NCBI GenBank assembly: GCA_963663865.1
Contig: OY760686.1
Location: forward strand, 192,001-256,000
Reading direction: 5' to 3'
Source: Spirochaetota bacterium
GTDB lineage: Bacteria; Spirochaetota; UBA4802; UBA5550
DNA length: 64,000 nt
Below the pieces are notes generated by a model. The model was given only the letters and a program-made list of their open reading frames with translations. It was not told where the DNA came from and ran no database searches. This document shows, piece by piece, positions 1 through 9,105 of this stretch. How positions within the stretch are numbered: the stretch's first letter is position 1; every line of letters begins with the position of its first letter. A program made the position numbers and the translations under genes.

Positions 1-765
1 GCAAGAAAAGAGAAGCTCGACGAAGTTGAGAAGAACATTCACTCACTGCTTGAACTGAGCGACCTGGCCCTTAACAGAAGCGATACAATGCAGGAAAACA
101 TAAGCAAGATAGACGTTGTCAACGCCAGAATGGACGCCCTTGCCAGAAGCTACAGCGATCTGGAATCGAGGATTGAAGAGCTGAAAGAGTATGAAGACCT
201 GATAGCGAAAAACATATCCACCGCGAACCGGTCAGAGGTAATCATGAAGTCCTTTGAGAACAAGCTGGGCTCTTATCAGAAGATCATGGAGCGCTCAGAC
301 AAGCGCGTGGAAAAAATCACAAAGCATCTCCAGGAAATAGAGGAGCAGACGGTAATTCTTAAAACACGCAAAAACGAGATTCAGGAGCTGAAGGACAAGT
401 TTGAGGAGATTGACGGACTATCTGTGGTAATGGAGAAGAGGGTTGATCAGATTTATGCCATGTTCAAGAAAGTTGAAACCCTTCGCACCGAAATTGATGC
501 GACGGACAGCAGACTTCAGGACATGTTTACCAGGACGGACGAGAAGATGCGCGAATTCGCTGATTTCATTCAGGCCGTCGATGCCGGAAATCCCATTCTC
601 AAGCAGGTGAATAAAAACATTTCGCCGGCAAAGAACATTAATGAAAATACGATTAAAACCGTCCGGGAGCTTTCAGACAGAGGCTGGGCGCCGGCAGAAA
701 TCGCGAAGAAGATGCTGATTGACGAGAACTCCGTCAGGTTTATTATAAATACTGCGTCGCTGTAA
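1..765 (+). CDS. C-terminal part of a long coiled-coil protein with a C-terminal HTH-like motif (spirochaete SpiroCoCo/CfpA-like); 5' end lies outside the window
   Basis: Frame is open from base 1 to 765; heptad-rich E/K/L sequence; ends TVRELSDRGWAPAEIAKKMLIDENSVRFII. Confidence 0.6.
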   Translation, partial: ARKEKLDEVEKNIHSLLELSDLALNRSDTMQENISKIDVVNARMDALARSYSDLESRIEELKEYEDLIAKNISTANRSEVIMKSFENKLGSYQKIMERSDKRVEKITKHLQEIEEQTVILKTRKNEIQELKDKFEEIDGLSVVMEKRVDQIYAMFKKVETLRTEIDATDSRLQDMFTRTDEKMREFADFIQAVDAGNPILKQVNKNISPAKNINENTIKTVRELSDRGWAPAEIAKKMLIDENSVRFIINTASL

Positions 766-772
766 GAAGCAC

Positions 773-798
773 GGCCGCTGTTTCTGCAGCGGCCTTTT
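773..798. terminator. Intrinsic terminator between convergent genes
   Basis: GGCCGCTG-N6-CAGCGGCC followed by TTTT. Confidence 0.6.
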
Positions 799-806
799 CC
801 ATTTTC

Positions 807-1364
807 TTAACTGCCTTCCTTCATTCTTTCTCTCAGCTGTTTTATTATCTCTTCATCTGAGAGGCTCTTTCTTAAAACGACCCTGTACTTGACGTCAAAT
901 TTGGTTGGATATACTGTTTTATTGGAGGGCGATTTAAACTCCCATCGCTGAAGGTCCTGCAGTATTACCTCGTCAATCTCCACAAGATAGGTGGGCTGCT
1001 GGGGCCTTATTTTGCTAATACGCCCCGAATCCGGATAGAGCCAGACAGAGTAAACTCCCTCTCTCTGCTCCTCGATTGTATCAAATTTTTTTATCTCCGA
1101 CGAGATGTACCTGTCTCCGCCGTCATCCTTCTTGCGCTCGATTGTATCAGCACTTCCCATTTGAGCGACTATGTAGTTGTCAGAGGTTAGAAGTACATGA
1201 TACAAATCTTTTGACTTGCTGTCGGGATTAAGAAACGCGGCATTCTCGCTGTTTTCCGGGTCCCACACGGGCCTTTTCTCAGGGGCCGTCTTACAGCCTG
1301 CCGCTATTATAACCGCGGCGAAAGAAATAATAACCGCCCTCGCCATCCACACCTTTCTCTTCAT
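807..1364 (-). CDS. Lipoprotein with a TonB-C-like domain (Leptospira LA_2219-like)
   Basis: Start reassigned to MKRKVW at 1364, 1 nt past the upstream stop; lipobox AAGC; C-terminal ILQDLQRWEFK..PTKFDVKYRVVL. Confidence 0.55.
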   Translation of the reverse strand: MKRKVWMARAVIISFAAVIIAAGCKTAPEKRPVWDPENSENAAFLNPDSKSKDLYHVLLTSDNYIVAQMGSADTIERKKDDGGDRYISSEIKKFDTIEEQREGVYSVWLYPDSGRISKIRPQQPTYLVEIDEVILQDLQRWEFKSPSNKTVYPTKFDVKYRVVLRKSLSDEEIIKQLRERMKEGS

Positions 1365-1365
1365 C

Positions 1366-1668
1366 TTACTCTTCCTCCGGAGTTTCGTCTTCAGTTTGGG
1401 ACTCTTCAAACTGTTCGGGACTTGTCCCCTTTTTTGAATCTTCAATAAAGTTACCAAGCCTGTCGACAGCATCCTTGAGTTCCGCGTATTCGTGGACTTG
1501 AAGAGTTACGCCTTTCTGTGTAGGCTTGTAAGTTACATCTCCGCTGGAATTGTCAATTGAAGGATACCAAATCCTTATGTTAATAAGATCACGCCCCTGG
1601 AACTCCGAAACCTCAACGCGTATAATCTCATTATTGCTCTTTTTTATATCCTTAATTATTACGCCCAT
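1366..1668 (-). CDS. PC4/YdbC family ssDNA-binding protein
   Basis: IRVEVSEFQGRDLINIRIWY...KPTQKGVTL signature. Confidence 0.8.
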   Translation of the reverse strand: MGVIIKDIKKSNNEIIRVEVSEFQGRDLINIRIWYPSIDNSSGDVTYKPTQKGVTLQVHEYAELKDAVDRLGNFIEDSKKGTSPEQFEESQTEDETPEEE

Positions 1669-1750
1669 TTTGCCTCCTGTAATAAATAATCCTCATTTTA
1701 TATATCATTTTCGCGGCGAAGCTGTCAATTAATAATCGTTTTCAGCACAA

Positions 1751-2000
1751 GAGTCCGCTCTTCATCTGATGAATATGGATCGTTCTGCTCCAACCATGTT
1801 CAAGTATATTGCTTACATAGAAAAGGGCTTCAACGTGGGTTTTTACACCTGGTTATAATGAGCTATATCGTGTCCCCGGGGGATGTTCATATACGGATTT
1901 TCTTTTTGCGTAACAGGCCGTAGCGTAATTACATATATATCACTGCATAATGCAAAACTGTTCTTTATATAAATGGGATTTTTTTTTAAATCCTTTAATG
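1751..2000 (-). pseudogene. N-terminal half of a DUF1016 (YhcG-like) gene, frameshifted
   Basis: Manual translation gives NIPRGHDIA/IITRCKN/VEALFYVSNILEHGWSRTIHIHQMKSGL, matching the DUF1016 N-terminal motif IPWGHN...EALFY...GWSR..L.HQI.SGL. Confidence 0.75.
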
Positions 2001-2103
2001 TTTTGCAATTATTTGACTAATTGTATTACCGGGAAATAACAAAACAGACAACATTCTGTTGAGTACATTTCTTTTATAAATAGAAGATTGGAAATAGCAA
2101 ACA

Positions 2104-3060
2104 TTATTCAATATTAAGTAATAGATTTTGTAGGGTAACAAAGCTCTTTTTTAACTCACTGCTGTTCGGCTTTTCGCTGTTCCATAGTAGACTTGATAAT
2201 TCCTGTTCGTAAGTGTATTCCAGCGATTTCCATATTTTATCAAAGTTTCTGAATATAGGAGCTTCAGAAATCGGCCTGTTCAGCCATTCCCCTGAAAAAG
2301 TTGAATTGTTTCTGTCGTCATTAATTGCTAATCTAAGAGTATCACCAATGCTTTCAGGTGAATCAATTGTCTTCATTATCTGAGCAATGTCATAAAAATG
2401 TCTTATTTTCCCCTTTAACTTATCCGGTCCTTCGTAAGACAGTCTGGCAAGCGAAAGTATCTTTTCACAGAAAGTTCGTTCGATAGACAGAGTTAAAACA
2501 CTGAAGGGCTGAAGCTCATATTTTTCAATATTTTCATCAAAGCTGTTGTCCTTCATAAATCGGTATATGAAGCTTTCAATCTCCATATACTCTACAGGGG
2601 AAGGGTGGGTGAAGGTATTTATTTCCAGCTGGATTACTCTCTTGATAGGTATATAAATGTTGTCGGTTTCAAGCAAAGGGTATTCATAGAAGGTTTTCCT
2701 GTTTCTTCCCTTTTTCTCTGTTCCTGGGTGATCTTCAATTGTTTTCAGACCGGCTGTCAGAGTCTTTTCAATACTCTTCATCAGCGATTTTCGTTTGCTG
2801 TCTCCAATCTCCGGTTCTCTGATTGCCAGATATACATCCTCTGAAAATCGCTCAAGACATTTGTAGGCTTTAGTCAGGGAAGTTCCGCCCTTGAAAACCA
2901 CCTTATCCGAGTAATCACTTAAGGAAAGATTTTTCAACAAAAATACAACCCAGTAGTCCTTCTCTATGAAGGTTTCTGGAATACTCATATACTTAAGTGT
3001 TCCCCTTATAAGTGATAAAAAACTGCCCGGGTCTTCGTGCAGTTTCATCTTATTTTCCAT
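2104..3060 (-). CDS. AbiEii/AbiGii-family nucleotidyltransferase toxin (type IV TA), possibly inactivated
   Basis: IEKDYWV, FKGGTSL, RFSEDVYL (canonical RFSEDIDL), ERTFCEKI, RHFYDI motifs. Confidence 0.85.
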   Translation of the reverse strand: MENKMKLHEDPGSFLSLIRGTLKYMSIPETFIEKDYWVVFLLKNLSLSDYSDKVVFKGGTSLTKAYKCLERFSEDVYLAIREPEIGDSKRKSLMKSIEKTLTAGLKTIEDHPGTEKKGRNRKTFYEYPLLETDNIYIPIKRVIQLEINTFTHPSPVEYMEIESFIYRFMKDNSFDENIEKYELQPFSVLTLSIERTFCEKILSLARLSYEGPDKLKGKIRHFYDIAQIMKTIDSPESIGDTLRLAINDDRNNSTFSGEWLNRPISEAPIFRNFDKIWKSLEYTYEQELSSLLWNSEKPNSSELKKSFVTLQNLLLNIE

Positions 3061-3764
3061 TTATATTTATTTGGAAGTACAGTATCAGTTATACCGATAT
3101 TGTAAGAAGAGAAGGGGTTGAGTGAATCAGAAAGTTTCTGAATGTCAATATCCGGTGAAGTGAGTTCAACTATTGCACATACAAGTGCCCTGGTTGAAGG
3201 GGTGTATTCCATGGCTGCATCAACAAGTTCTATCTTTTGACTTTCAGGCAATTTTTGTATAATGCTCTTGATTATTATAAGTGCCTCATTCGGTTCTGTA
3301 TCAGGAATCTTTTTTATTGCTCTGAGAGCGTCAAGCAGCTGAAGAACCTCTGCAGAATAATTCCCGGTTTTTAATATCGAGCGTCTGTATCTGACAGTTA
3401 ATCCGCCTATTTTTCTTGGCTTTCTGTATGAGTTGGCTGCTATTACTATTGTTGACGGTATCTGTGTTGTAATACCGAACCTGTTAAAGGCCGATGTTCC
3501 GGTCACGTAAGCCTGTTTATTCACCAGTATGTCATTGATTACAAGACTGCTTTTAGGAAGCAGGGAGCCGTATTCCGTTATTTCCGGTTTGTAGTAAAGA
3601 CCTCTCTCTAAACGTTCAATATAACCTTTCTTTACAAGTCTGCTAAGAGCCTTTGCTGCGGCTAGGTCTTTTCCTGCAGGAATCTGAATATCTCGTTGCC
3701 GTAAAAGCGATCCTGGTGGTAGAACGTCTATCTTCTGTTTGATTGTTTCAGCTATTGATTTCAT
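3045..3764 (-). CDS. AbiEi-type antitoxin (DUF6088-like, wHTH N-terminus)
   Basis: KALSRLVKKGYIERLERGLYYKP and AFNRFGITTQIP; overlaps the AbiEii start; start MKSIAE at 3764. Confidence 0.8.
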   Translation of the reverse strand: MKSIAETIKQKIDVLPPGSLLRQRDIQIPAGKDLAAAKALSRLVKKGYIERLERGLYYKPEITEYGSLLPKSSLVINDILVNKQAYVTGTSAFNRFGITTQIPSTIVIAANSYRKPRKIGGLTVRYRRSILKTGNYSAEVLQLLDALRAIKKIPDTEPNEALIIIKSIIQKLPESQKIELVDAAMEYTPSTRALVCAIVELTSPDIDIQKLSDSLNPFSSYNIGITDTVLPNKYKWKIR

Positions 3765-3792
3765 GTACTCAATATACATTAAATGTTTTGGT

Positions 3793-3826
3793 TGTGTCAA
3801 GTAAATATATGCACTTAGTTGACACA
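3793..3826 (-). promoter_or_regulatory. Inverted-repeat operator upstream of the AbiE operon
   Basis: TGTGTCAAgTAA-N10-TTAgTTGACACA, with TTGAC -35-like hexamers in its arms; AbiEi proteins autorepress through such repeats. Confidence 0.6.
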
Positions 3827-3945
3827 TTTAAACGTCTATCTATATCAAATATAATATATGTAAAATTCCGATAATATATTTTATGTCGCATGTTGCTATA
3901 TAACTATTCAACAGAACATCACATCCTTAACACTAAAAACTTAAG

Positions 3946-4893
3946 TTAGGCTTGATTTCTTATCGGAATTATGGATTTTGAAATATGTACTTCTTCCATT
4001 TTTACTATTTTTAAAAATAAACTAAGTGCATGTTCTTCATTTATTGGATTTTTTCCAGGTCCAATTTTTATGTGTTTAAATGGATGACTATTCTTTGTAC
4101 TAAGAATTATTTTTGTATATTCAATAAAATTATTTTTAACTACTCTTACGTCTCTTTCTCCATCGATTAATATTATTCTCCATTCTCGCTCATCACAATA
4201 ACCTTCATGTTTTAATAATGGTGAAAACTCGGCCATAATTCTTTTAAAAATGGTAATCATATAGTCAATAAATTCTATTGAATTTTCCTTAGGTGCTTCG
4301 TTAAATATTAATGACAATGAATTAATTGAGTCATTTAAAAGCTTAGAAACAATTTGAATTTGTTTCTTTTTATCATAAACAACCTTCGAAATGCTAAAAG
4401 GAGAAGAGCTTGTTATGCCAAGGCTATCAAGCCAACTATATGATAATCCAATTGCAAAACCATTGCAATTATCAGCATAATTTCTCCATTGACCTAATAA
4501 ATCTCCGTTTTCAGATAAACATTCTATGTATGTAGATGGCTCTAAAAAAAAATCATCAATGTTTCTTATCGCCATCCATAATATAGCCTTAAAATCATCA
4601 ACAGTTTCAACATTTTTAGGATCAACTTTTGGTAATTGTAATAAATGTTGCGAAGCAATTTCTTTTGAAATTATTTCAAATAATTTATTTTCTGTTGGGT
4701 CATTTACGTAATTGAATTGAGTTGCATATATAGTTTTTGAATCAATAATACGTTTCAGTGAATTTGCATTTGTATAATGCCATAGAGTTGTTGGCAAATC
4801 AGCTTCTTTATCAGGTCGTATAGTCTCTAAACCTGCTGATATTATCTTATTTATAAATTCATTTGCTTTATCCATTAGTTCTTTAGGTAACAT
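3946..4893 (-). CDS. DUF2971 domain protein (often defence-island associated)
   Basis: LWHYT, NDPTE, CLSENGDLLGQWRNYA, KHEGYCDEREWR motifs; AT-rich. Confidence 0.8.
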   Translation of the reverse strand: MLPKELMDKANEFINKIISAGLETIRPDKEADLPTTLWHYTNANSLKRIIDSKTIYATQFNYVNDPTENKLFEIISKEIASQHLLQLPKVDPKNVETVDDFKAILWMAIRNIDDFFLEPSTYIECLSENGDLLGQWRNYADNCNGFAIGLSYSWLDSLGITSSSPFSISKVVYDKKKQIQIVSKLLNDSINSLSLIFNEAPKENSIEFIDYMITIFKRIMAEFSPLLKHEGYCDEREWRIILIDGERDVRVVKNNFIEYTKIILSTKNSHPFKHIKIGPGKNPINEEHALSLFLKIVKMEEVHISKSIIPIRNQA

Positions 4894-4989
4894 ACTATTA
4901 ACCTCAATATCATACTGTTTTTAGCATTCACTTAGTTGAGTCCTGGATGATAAAGCAATTGGGGCGCCATGGTGCTTCTTCTTGTTATT

Positions 4990-5529
4990 TCAACCCCTCT
5001 CTTTCAACCTTAACGCATACAGCTTAATCTGATTCTCAAAGTGAAATAAAGCCTCAGCGATATATTCAGCATCTTCGCTGCTTTCGCATTCTATAACACA
5101 GCTTCCGCTTTCCTGATTAACAGAATACTGAATTGTTTTAACCTTCTTCTCTGTCTGCTTTTTCTCCTGGTTCTTTTTACTTTCTTTTTCAACAAGTTCT
5201 TCAATGGCAGGTATTGTCAGGTTCTTTTCTATTGCTGCTTTTTCAACCTTGTCTCTAAATTCAGTGTCAGTTATCTCGCTTATCAGTTTAGATTTCTTTG
5301 TTCCCATACTTGCTTTTTCAAACTCAACGTTGTTGTATAGCCACATGTATTCAAAAGCCATACGCTTTCCGAAACCGAGAGAGTCTTTGAAATTTTCGAT
5401 CCAGGCATTGAAAGAAGTAAATTCAGGCTTCCTATCCTCAGCTTCGCCTTTTGAACTCCACTTGTTGAGGTCTGTTTCAATTCTTATAGTATAGCTAAGG
5501 TTGAATACTTCGTTGAGCTTAGTAAGCGC
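4990..5529 (-). pseudogene. 5'-truncated DUF3102-like (phage/MGE) gene
   Basis: Frame stays open upstream of the listed Met (FTSFNAWIENFKDSLGFGKRMAFEYMWLY) back to a TAA near 5530, with no start codon. Confidence 0.45.
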
Positions 5530-5598
5530 GTATTATCTGCGAAATATCAACAAAATTTTTAAATATAGTAATTGAAAATGGATCAAATAGCAATTGTT

Positions 5599-5745
5599 TC
5601 ACCTCTTATACTTTTTCATCATTCCTTCGTAAACCGTGTCGTAACTGCTCGAAGAGTTCCAGAATAGATAGCCTTTTCCGTTGTTGTCGTCTACAGCCTT
5701 TATCTGACTGAGGTTGTAGTCTGCTTCGTAGCAGGTCGTCTCGCA
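5599..5745 (-). pseudogene. 3' fragment of a putative glycoside hydrolase (DUF4015-like C-terminus)
   Basis: Manual translation YEADYNLSQIKAVDDNNGKGYLFWNSSSSYDTVYEGMMKKYKR*. Confidence 0.4.
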
Positions 5746-5825
5746 CGTTCTGTGCTCGACTTTCCGGACGCGCTTCCTGCGCTCCGGTTCAACGTCGCCG
5801 GATTAAGAAACCTTTCTGAAGCAGT

Positions 5826-6381
5826 TTACTTCTTCTCGCTCACTCCTTCCAGCTCTGCTTCAATCTCCTCAATAGACGGAAGACTTCTTCTGTACTCCTC
5901 CGGAAGAGACTCTGTTAGTTTATATTCCGAAATACCGATAGGCTTGTTAATGTCACTCAAGGCATATTCAGCTACAAGCCTGTCTCTTTTCTTACAGATA
6001 ATAATTCCGATAGTGGGGGGGCTGTTTCAGTTTTATATTTTTCATCTACTGCCTTAATGTAAAAGTTCAGTTTTCCCGCGTGTTAAGGTTCAAACCTGGT
6101 TGTTTTAAGTTCTATAACAACATAGCAGTGAAGCTTAATGTGATAAAACAGTAGATCAATGAAGAAGTCACTATCTCCCACTTGAATAGGGACTTGTCTT
6201 CCTATGTAGGCAAAGCCTGCACCAGGTTCGAGAAGATACTTTGAATCGTGCTCGACAAGGCTTTTCTCCAAGTCAAGTTCTGTATATTCAGAATCAAGAG
6301 TAAGGAAATCAAAAATATAAGGGGCTTTAATTGCCTGCTGAGCAAGCTCTGAAACAGGTTTAGGCAGTTTCTCTGGAAAGT
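5826..6381 (-). pseudogene. C-terminal half of a DUF1016 (YhcG PD-(D/E)xK) gene with a stop and frameshifts
   Basis: NFPEKLPKPVSELAQQAIKAPYIFDFL...GAGFAYIGRQ...FFIDLLFYHIKLHCYVVIELK...P*HAGKLNFY...LPSIEEIEAELEGVSEKK*. Confidence 0.85.
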
Positions 6382-6675
6382 TTATGAAGCTTTAAACCTG
6401 TTTATCAGCTTCAATTCACCATGTATTTTTTTCTTCTCTTCCTCCAGGTCGTAATCATCCTGAATACCCATCCAAAACTGTGGGGAGTTTCCAAAAAACT
6501 CCGACAATCTCAATGCAGTATCTGCGGTTATTCGTCTTTTCCCTTTAATTATCTGTGATATGCGTGTTTGAGATATTTTTATCTCCCTGGACAATTTATA
6601 AGCACTCACTCCAAAAGGATCTAAAAACTCCTCCTTTAGTATTACTCCCGGATGTATATTAGGCAATCTTTCCAT
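6382..6675 (-). CDS. higA: HigA antitoxin (Xre HTH)
   Basis: IHPGVILKEEFL...RRITADTALRLSEFFGNSPQFWMGIQ. Confidence 0.9.
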   Translation of the reverse strand: MERLPNIHPGVILKEEFLDPFGVSAYKLSREIKISQTRISQIIKGKRRITADTALRLSEFFGNSPQFWMGIQDDYDLEEEKKKIHGELKLINRFKAS

Positions 6676-6686
6676 ATTTTCACCTC

Positions 6687-6968
6687 TTAATGGTAATCAA
6701 TAATTTCTACATTGAACGCGTTTCCATTTTCCCACTTAAAACAAACTCGCCATTGGAAATTAATTCTTATACTATAAAAGCCCTCTCTATCCCCTTTTAG
6801 AGCTTCTAATCTATTGTTTGGCGGTATTCGCAGATCGTTTAAATCTCTGGCATTATTCAACATCCTCAACTTCTTTCTTGCCGCAAATTGTATATCTTGA
6901 GGTAATTTTAACGATTTGAGACCAGCCCATATCTTTTCAGTTTCTTTTGACCCGAATTCTATGATCAT
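6687..6968 (-). CDS. higB: HigB toxin (RelE family)
   Basis: DLRIPPNNRLEALKGDREGFYSIRINFQWRVCF...IIDYH; toxin-first gene order. Confidence 0.9.
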   Translation of the reverse strand: MIIEFGSKETEKIWAGLKSLKLPQDIQFAARKKLRMLNNARDLNDLRIPPNNRLEALKGDREGFYSIRINFQWRVCFKWENGNAFNVEIIDYH

Positions 6969-6974
6969 ATGCTT

Positions 6975-7009
6975 ATACTAACGCATTTGTTTAGTATCGT
7001 CATGCGTTA
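6975..7009 (-). promoter_or_regulatory. Overlapping inverted repeats, probable HigA operator
   Basis: ATACTAA..TTAGTAT (6975-6997) and TAACGCAT..ATGCGTTA (6979-7009) directly upstream of higB. Confidence 0.55.
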
Positions 7010-7116
7010 TTGTTGTTTTAATATTTCACAACTTTCGCACCAGAACACTTACACGGCTGAAATTGAATATTTAGCTCTTTTATACATTATGGCATACAAT
7101 CAAAACTGCGTTCCTG

Positions 7117-7593
7117 TTAAACAGGAATCGTCCACTCCCGTATCGCCTTCTCAATAGTTTCTTTATCCAGATAGGTGATCCTGCATATTTCTTCTGTTGA
7201 ATATCCATGCTTAGACAATCTATATGCAACATGCTCCATGCTCTCGCCAATTTCGATCATATTGTTGTCATAGTCATAAAACCTGACTACCAGCTGCTTC
7301 CAGGGCTGTTCGACTGCTTCATGAACAAACTCGAGCCCCAGATCCCTTATCTTTTTGACAACATCATCTAAATCATCATGCTCGAAATATAGCTCAAAAT
7401 TATTTGACTTCTCTTTTATCTCGGTACAGCCTGTTACCGATTTAAAATGCTCTTTCAGATGAATCGCGAAACCGCCTTCAAACAGAATATTTTCACCATA
7501 ATCGGCTTTAACAGCCTGGCATAGAACGTTTTCGTAAAATTCCCGAGATCGCCTGATGTCACTCACGACTACCAATGGGCAAATGAACTTCAT
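7117..7593 (-). CDS. VOC/glyoxalase family protein with a C-terminal HTH-like extension
   Basis: LVVVSDIRRSREFYE...EQPWKQLVVRFYDYDNNMIEIGE. Confidence 0.85.
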   Translation of the reverse strand: MKFICPLVVVSDIRRSREFYENVLCQAVKADYGENILFEGGFAIHLKEHFKSVTGCTEIKEKSNNFELYFEHDDLDDVVKKIRDLGLEFVHEAVEQPWKQLVVRFYDYDNNMIEIGESMEHVAYRLSKHGYSTEEICRITYLDKETIEKAIREWTIPV

Positions 7594-8065
7594 CTGATTT
7601 CTCCTGTATATTTTTGAGCGTTGTTTTTTAGTTTATGCTATACTTTCTCTCCAACAAAACCGTCATAACAAAGTGCCGATAGCCGGAGAATGTCCCCGCT
7701 TGCCACCTCAAGGAATAATTCAGTATTCTATAATATATTTAAGCAGCTGAAAGTAAAATAAGAAAAATCATAATTTACTTTCATTCTTCATTTTCCATCT
7801 TCACAGTGTCCACAATCACCAGCAGAAAAACCAGCATGTTTTCCCGGGGATGATCCTGTTGCTGCTTCTCACAACCGGCTATTCAAAACAAATTACCTTT
7901 TTACACCACTTTTATGAGCAGAGAGTCATTTGATATTCATTCTGCCCCTCAATTCCGGCTTGATTTAAATAGTCGCGCTTTTCATTCTTTCAAAATAAAG
8001 TTTGCTTGTCAAAAAACGAGTCAGTGAAGTTCACTGTAAAAAAAGCGTACTTCCGGAGGGCAGGA

Positions 8066-9103
8066 ATGGGACTTACATACATGGATTCAGGGGTCAATGT
8101 TGAAGGCGGCAACAGGTTTGTTAAGAAAATTGCTCCTTTTGTAAAAGACACCTTTTCAGAAAGGGTCATTACGGACATCGGGGGATTTGGCGCGCTTTTT
8201 TCCGCGGCCTTTCCTGAGATGAAGGAACCTGTCCTCGTTTCGGGCACCGACGGAGTGGGAACAAAACTTCAAATTGCCCGTATGCTCAAAAAGCATGACA
8301 CCATCGGCATTGACGCGGTTGCCATGTGCGTTAACGATATCGTCGTATCAGGCGCGGCGCCGCTGTTCTTCCTCGACTATATATCCTGCGGCCGTCTACA
8401 GGAAGATGTCCTGGTTGACGTAGTCAAAGGCATCGCTGACGGCTGCAAGATTTCGGGATGCAGCCTTGTCGGAGGCGAAACCGCCGAGCATCCCGGTGTA
8501 ATGCCGGACAACGACTACGACATTGCCGGCTTCGCGGTAGGCGTTGTAGACAGGCAAAAGATCATCAACGGCTCTGCCATTAAACCCGGAAACGCAGTCA
8601 TTGGGATAGCGTCAAGCGGCATTCATTCAAACGGCTACTCAATGGTCAGAAAGCTTTTTCTTGAACTCAGGAAGACCGACCTCTCTTCGGTTCCGGCCGG
8701 ATGGGACAGAAATCTTGGCGAGACGCTTCTTGCGCCTACCCGCATTTATGTTAAGAGCATTCTGAATGCTCTGTCCGAAAAAGTCCAGATCAACGGCCTT
8801 GTTCACATAACAGGAGGCGGATTCTATGAGAACATTCCCCGGGTACTTCCGGACGGGATATCGGTGAGGATAAATACTGAATCATTTTCGATGCCGGGGG
8901 TGTTTAAGCTTATTCAGTCAGAGGGCGGCATAAGCGACAGAGAAATGTACACCACCTTCAACATGGGCATCGGCATGATGGCTTTTGTTCCCGCGGAGCA
9001 GGCTGACACGGCGCTTGAATCGTTCAGGGCTTCAGGCGAAGAGGCCTTCCTCATCGGGGAAACAGTTGCGGGCGCTGACGAAAGGGTCATCCTTCACAAA
9101 TAG
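8066..9103 (+). CDS. purM: Phosphoribosylformylglycinamidine cyclo-ligase (AIR synthase)
   Basis: TYMDSGV, GTDGVGTK, DAVAMCVND, GGETAEHPG, HITGGG, TFNMGIG; RBS GGAGG. Confidence 0.97.
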   Translation: MGLTYMDSGVNVEGGNRFVKKIAPFVKDTFSERVITDIGGFGALFSAAFPEMKEPVLVSGTDGVGTKLQIARMLKKHDTIGIDAVAMCVNDIVVSGAAPLFFLDYISCGRLQEDVLVDVVKGIADGCKISGCSLVGGETAEHPGVMPDNDYDIAGFAVGVVDRQKIINGSAIKPGNAVIGIASSGIHSNGYSMVRKLFLELRKTDLSSVPAGWDRNLGETLLAPTRIYVKSILNALSEKVQINGLVHITGGGFYENIPRVLPDGISVRINTESFSMPGVFKLIQSEGGISDREMYTTFNMGIGMMAFVPAEQADTALESFRASGEEAFLIGETVAGADERVILHK

Positions 9104-9105
9104 CT

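Noticed and set aside
3890-3951. attC site after the DUF2971 gene
   Set aside because: GCCTAAC overlaps the stop codon on the minus strand, but no convincing palindrome or matching core site follows
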